Shown here in pieces: positions 60,561 through 64,000 of a stretch of DNA of 64,000 bases. Location of the stretch: the NCBI GenBank assembly GCA_043819555.1, contig JBDREQ010000009.1, forward strand, positions 99,006 through 163,005, written 5' to 3'. Both the position numbers and the translations under genes were made by a program. Every line of letters begins with the position of its first letter. Within the stretch, counting starts at the first letter, position 1. The notes below the pieces were generated by a model. That model searched no databases. It worked only from the letters and a program-made list of their open reading frames with translations, and was not told the DNA's origin. This DNA is from Candidatus Zixiibacteriota bacterium. GTDB taxonomy: Bacteria; Zixibacteria; MSB-5A5; GN15; JAAZOE01.

Positions 60561-62123
60561 TCAAACAGTGCAGACGGTATTTTTTCCCGAACCCTTGGCA
60601 CGGTACATTGCCTGATCAACGGCATGAACTAGTTCTTCCTCTGTCAATCCATTTTCAGGATAGCTGCTGACCCCAACCGAAACAGTCACCTTCAAATCCG
60701 GTATTCCATCACCGCCAAATTCGGAAACTTCCACTTCTTTACGAATACGTTCGGCGATTTTCACCGCCTCGCGTTCAATGGTCTGGGGCAGGATGATTAT
60801 AAATTCTTCTCCGCCGTAACGACATAGAATATCAACATCTCGTATACCGCGCTTGATGACCTGGACCAAATTTACCAAAACATGATTTCCCACTTCATGG
60901 CCATAATTGTCATTAAATTTTTTAAACCAGTCAATATCGAGCATAATAAGCGACAGCGGCTGATTGTAGCGAACCGCCCTTCTTTTTTCTTCCCTGATTT
61001 TGTCCGAAAAATATCGATAATTTTTGACACCGGTCAGATCATCAATGATCGTCAATTCTTCCGTTTTGCGATGCAGGATTGCGTTTTCCAAAGCCATAGC
61101 CGCCGAACGAGCCAAAACCGACAAAAAGGCTTCATCACGCTCATTAAAAATTCCCCGCCGGGGCGATTCGGCGCATAAAAGACCGGTAGCCCGGCCATGT
61201 GTAACCATCGGAACCAGCATCACCGAACGCGCTGATTTTAGTAATGGTCGATAGTCGCTTCGTTTGGATAAATCAATCACCCTGACCGGTTCACCGGCAT
61301 TGACTACCCGATACGCCAACTGCATTTCGTCGTGCCCGGCTTTTTTCAAACGAGTTTCCTTTTGGCCTCCAATGAGTCGTCCTCGATATGTCAGGCTCTT
61401 GCCAGGTCCGGTCAATAAAATTCCAAGGGCTGGATAATCCAGAACTCGCTCGCCAATCTTGATAATCTCTTCTATGATTTGATCAAAATCCAATATCCCG
61501 GCCAGAATACGGCTGTTTTCATACACCATTTCAAGCTGGGCATGGGTTTTTTCCAGTTCACTGGTCCGGCGATTCAGCGTATTGAATACTTTCAATAAGC
61601 GGCCTTCCGAACGCCGGATATATTCGGCGACATAATTAACGGTCAGGGCGTAAAACCAAATTGCCACAAAATGAAGCGAGAATTCCAGAGGATCTAACTT
61701 GCTCAAAGATTGGTAATTGCCCGCTATAAATGAAATTGTTATTAGAAGACAAAGGAGCAACGTCGGTTTGGAAGGCATCATATAGGCGCCGAGTGATACG
61801 GTTAGAAAATAAAAAATATAGAACTCCGAACGAACGCCTCCGGTGAAATGAATAATTCCAGTTATTAGAATAACATCAATAGCGATTGCCATAAGAAAGA
61901 GGTTGGCATTGGCCAAAGTTTTTTTCGTATTTAAAAACCACCACAGACAGCACAGACCGATTTCTACTACCAACAAAATTACCAGAGGCGTAAAATTCTG
62001 TTCGGCCAATTCGCCAAAGCTTAAATACGCTGCCACTCCCAATATGACAATCAGGCGTGAAAATAGATGTAGCGATTCAACCCGCGGCAATATGGATCGC
62101 GATTCACGATATATTAATTTCAT
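60561..62123 (-). CDS. Membrane-anchored GAF-GGDEF diguanylate cyclase
   Basis: N-terminal TMs; GAF domain (LVPMV...GLL...F.ERDE); DDLTG, DIDWFKKFND.YGH; I-site RDVD; GGEEF. Confidence 0.92.
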   Translation of the reverse strand: MKLIYRESRSILPRVESLHLFSRLIVILGVAAYLSFGELAEQNFTPLVILLVVEIGLCCLWWFLNTKKTLANANLFLMAIAIDVILITGIIHFTGGVRSEFYIFYFLTVSLGAYMMPSKPTLLLCLLITISFIAGNYQSLSKLDPLEFSLHFVAIWFYALTVNYVAEYIRRSEGRLLKVFNTLNRRTSELEKTHAQLEMVYENSRILAGILDFDQIIEEIIKIGERVLDYPALGILLTGPGKSLTYRGRLIGGQKETRLKKAGHDEMQLAYRVVNAGEPVRVIDLSKRSDYRPLLKSARSVMLVPMVTHGRATGLLCAESPRRGIFNERDEAFLSVLARSAAMALENAILHRKTEELTIIDDLTGVKNYRYFSDKIREEKRRAVRYNQPLSLIMLDIDWFKKFNDNYGHEVGNHVLVNLVQVIKRGIRDVDILCRYGGEEFIIILPQTIEREAVKIAERIRKEVEVSEFGGDGIPDLKVTVSVGVSSYPENGLTEEELVHAVDQAMYRAKGSGKNTVCTV

Positions 62124-62235
62124 ATTTCTGTCCACTCCGGCTGTCTTAATATCAAGTATCGGACGCACAGGTATAAACATTAACCCGTTAAATTCTAACA
62201 GATTATAAGATGAAATAACTTAGATTTGTTACCCG

Positions 62236-63864
62236 TTAAATCCCGTTGATTTGACGGATTCGACCAGCGACGGATTGTAATGATATGGCCACCACGCCAA
62301 ATGATAGGGCCAGAAGAATTAAATCGGCAATAATTAAAACTATATTTCCCGATGGAAGATAAGTCATGATTAATAAATAGATTAATGACGCCACTGTGGT
62401 AATCACCATGAAAACTGCAGGAATCAGCGTAAACCAGTTTTTTCTTCCTTTTCGAAAAAGCCAGGCCGATACGGCAATTAACGCCAGGGCCGCCATCAAT
62501 TGATTGGCGGTTCCAAACAGTGGCCAGATAAGCCTGAAGGCATTAAAATAAGCCAGGAGGAACATGATTATGACTGAAATCCCCGAATTGAACCAGAATT
62601 TTCTTAGTAATGAAGGTACAGGATCAAAAATCAGCGACCAGAATTCTTCAAATAAATATCGATTTAATCTGACTGCTGAATCTAGGGTTGTAACAACAAA
62701 TCCCTCGATTAAGAGAATACCCATTACCGCTCCGACAGAAATCGGAATTCCCAGACTGCCGTTCATTAATCCTCCCACCGCCAGCGCAAAGGCCAAAACC
62801 GGATTAGAACCTGAATCTGGCCAAACGATATTCAGATAGTCCGAATATCCCAAAGATGACGCCAGAGCCAGAAGAACCAGAACTGCCAAAGCCCCTTCGA
62901 GGACCATTCCCCCAAATCCAATTTTGCGTGCCGATGATTCATTTCTTACCTGTTTGCTCGAAGTCCCCGATGCGACCAAAGAATGAAATCCGGAAATTGC
63001 TCCGCAGGCGATAGTTATCATCAGCATCGGCCAGATAAATCCCAAATGCTCAATCCCTGCACTCAGCGAAAAAGCCGGAAACGAAATTGTCAATCCCGAA
63101 AAACCGCCAATGATAATTGAAATTACCAACGCGGCCATGCCCCCATACAGTATTTGGACATTGGTAAAATCGCGCGGTTGTAAGATCACCCAAACCGGCG
63201 CGCCGGCGGCGAATAAGACGTAAATTGATATAATTATCATCCACGCCGTTGGCGGCAAATTAATTGGATAATTAAAACCAATGATTATCGATAGGGCACA
63301 TACAATCGCGGCCAAAAAATACCCCGGAACCATTTTCATCGATTTGCGGCACATTAAAAACCCCAATAGAGGCGAAAAGATGGTTATGATAATCACTGAT
63401 GTTGAAGCGATTCCGCCGATAATACCCATCGGTTGACCGTTTACTTCTGTTGTTTTAAGCAGGGTTTGTCCGGTTTCCAGTGATAATTTCGACAGTGGCC
63501 ACATTGACGTTAATGATATCGCTGTCATGCTCAAAAACGCCGAAGTTACCAGAAATATCATTATCAATGTAAAGGCGAGGAATAAAAACATTCCCGTTTT
63601 TCCCAGAGAAATACCGGCAATTTCACCGATTGATTTACCGCCTTCTCGAATAGAAGCGAAAAGCGTCGAATAATCATGAACGGCACCAAAGAAAACTGTT
63701 CCCGGGACAATCCATATCCAGGCCGGAGCGAAACCGTAGAGAATGCCAATGGTCGGACCGATGATTGGCCCGGCCCCCGCAATAGTGGAGAAATGATGGG
63801 CGAATAGTATATGCGTCCGCGTCGGCACAAAATCTTTGCTATCATTCCGGCTATTTGCCGGGGG
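62236..63864 (-). pseudogene. cstA: Carbon starvation protein A (peptide/pyruvate transporter), 5' end interrupted by an IS30 element
   Basis: PA..RND..DFVPT, HHFSTIAGAGPIIGP, GAVHDY, ITIACGAISGFHSL and WPLFGTANQL. The ORF-track N-terminus upstream of about 63865 is IS sequence read out of frame. Confidence 0.8.
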
Positions 63865-64000
63865 TGGATTCACATTTGAAGTGCAACAGTTTATCTCCAA
63901 ATAACTCAGCTGGGGTTCGAAAGTCCAGACATTTCCTTGGAGTGTTATTATAAGCGCAAATGAGTTTGAAGAAACGATCATCAGTAAGTGTAGCCAAATC
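63851..64000 (-). CDS. IS30 family transposase, C-terminal 49 aa (partial)
   Basis: Manual translation from 64000: DLATLTDDRFFKLICAYNNTPRKCLDFRTPAELFGDKLLHFKCESTPGK*. The NxxPRKCLxxxTPxE motif is characteristic of IS30 C-termini. Confidence 0.88.
   Translation of the reverse strand, partial: DLATLTDDRFFKLICAYNNTPRKCLDFRTPAELFGDKLLHFKCESTPGK
63865..64000 (-). mobile_element. Right end of an IS30 family element
   Basis: Transposase C-terminus running into the terminal sequence TGTTGCACTTCAAATGTGAATCC (63888-63866), which abuts the cstA coding sequence. Confidence 0.85.

Noticed and set aside
63865..63981. N-terminal 38 aa of the 581-aa CstA ORF in the track
   Set aside because: It is IS30 DNA read in a non-transposase frame and lacks the hydrophobic CstA N-terminus.
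1..64000. CRISPR arrays, tRNA, rRNA, prophage or recognisable defence genes
   Set aside because: None recognised by eye. A tRNAscan/Infernal/DefenseFinder run would be needed to exclude divergent cases.

Overview
Bacterial chromosomal window, most likely from Zixibacteria or a related FCB-group lineage. That assignment is an inference from a dockerin-tailed secreted protein and an alternative complex III (ACIII)/caa3 operon. In order, it contains: a ctaB-actABCDEF(G)-sco-coxBAC-coxD respiratory operon (ACIII plus an A2-type caa3 oxidase); an ECF sigma/anti-sigma pair with twin divergent promoters; a large secreted dockerin metalloprotease; a TetR-TolC-MFP-RND efflux operon; rarA; housekeeping and hypothetical genes (rqcH, lepA, HEAT-cyclophilin, OmpA); an oxidative pentose-phosphate cluster with an OpcA-Pgl fusion; a peptidoglycan-recycling cluster (nagZ, anmK, spoIID); a diguanylate cyclase; and a cstA gene interrupted by an IS30 element at the right edge. 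The most striking candidate system is at 27.1-30.15 kb. A small secreted protein is translationally coupled to a TPR-sensor sigma54 activator that lacks a receiver domain. Directly downstream lie two enhancer-like repeats, an IHF-like site, a -24/-12 promoter and a ~90-nt non-coding transcript carrying anti-Shine-Dalgarno motifs. This looks like a peptide-sensing (RRNPP-like) input wired to a LuxO/Qrr-like sRNA output. A second C-rich-loop sRNA candidate lies ~1.2 kb away. Several REP/MITE-like palindromes occupy intergenic spaces. All calls come from motif reading only; no searches were run.
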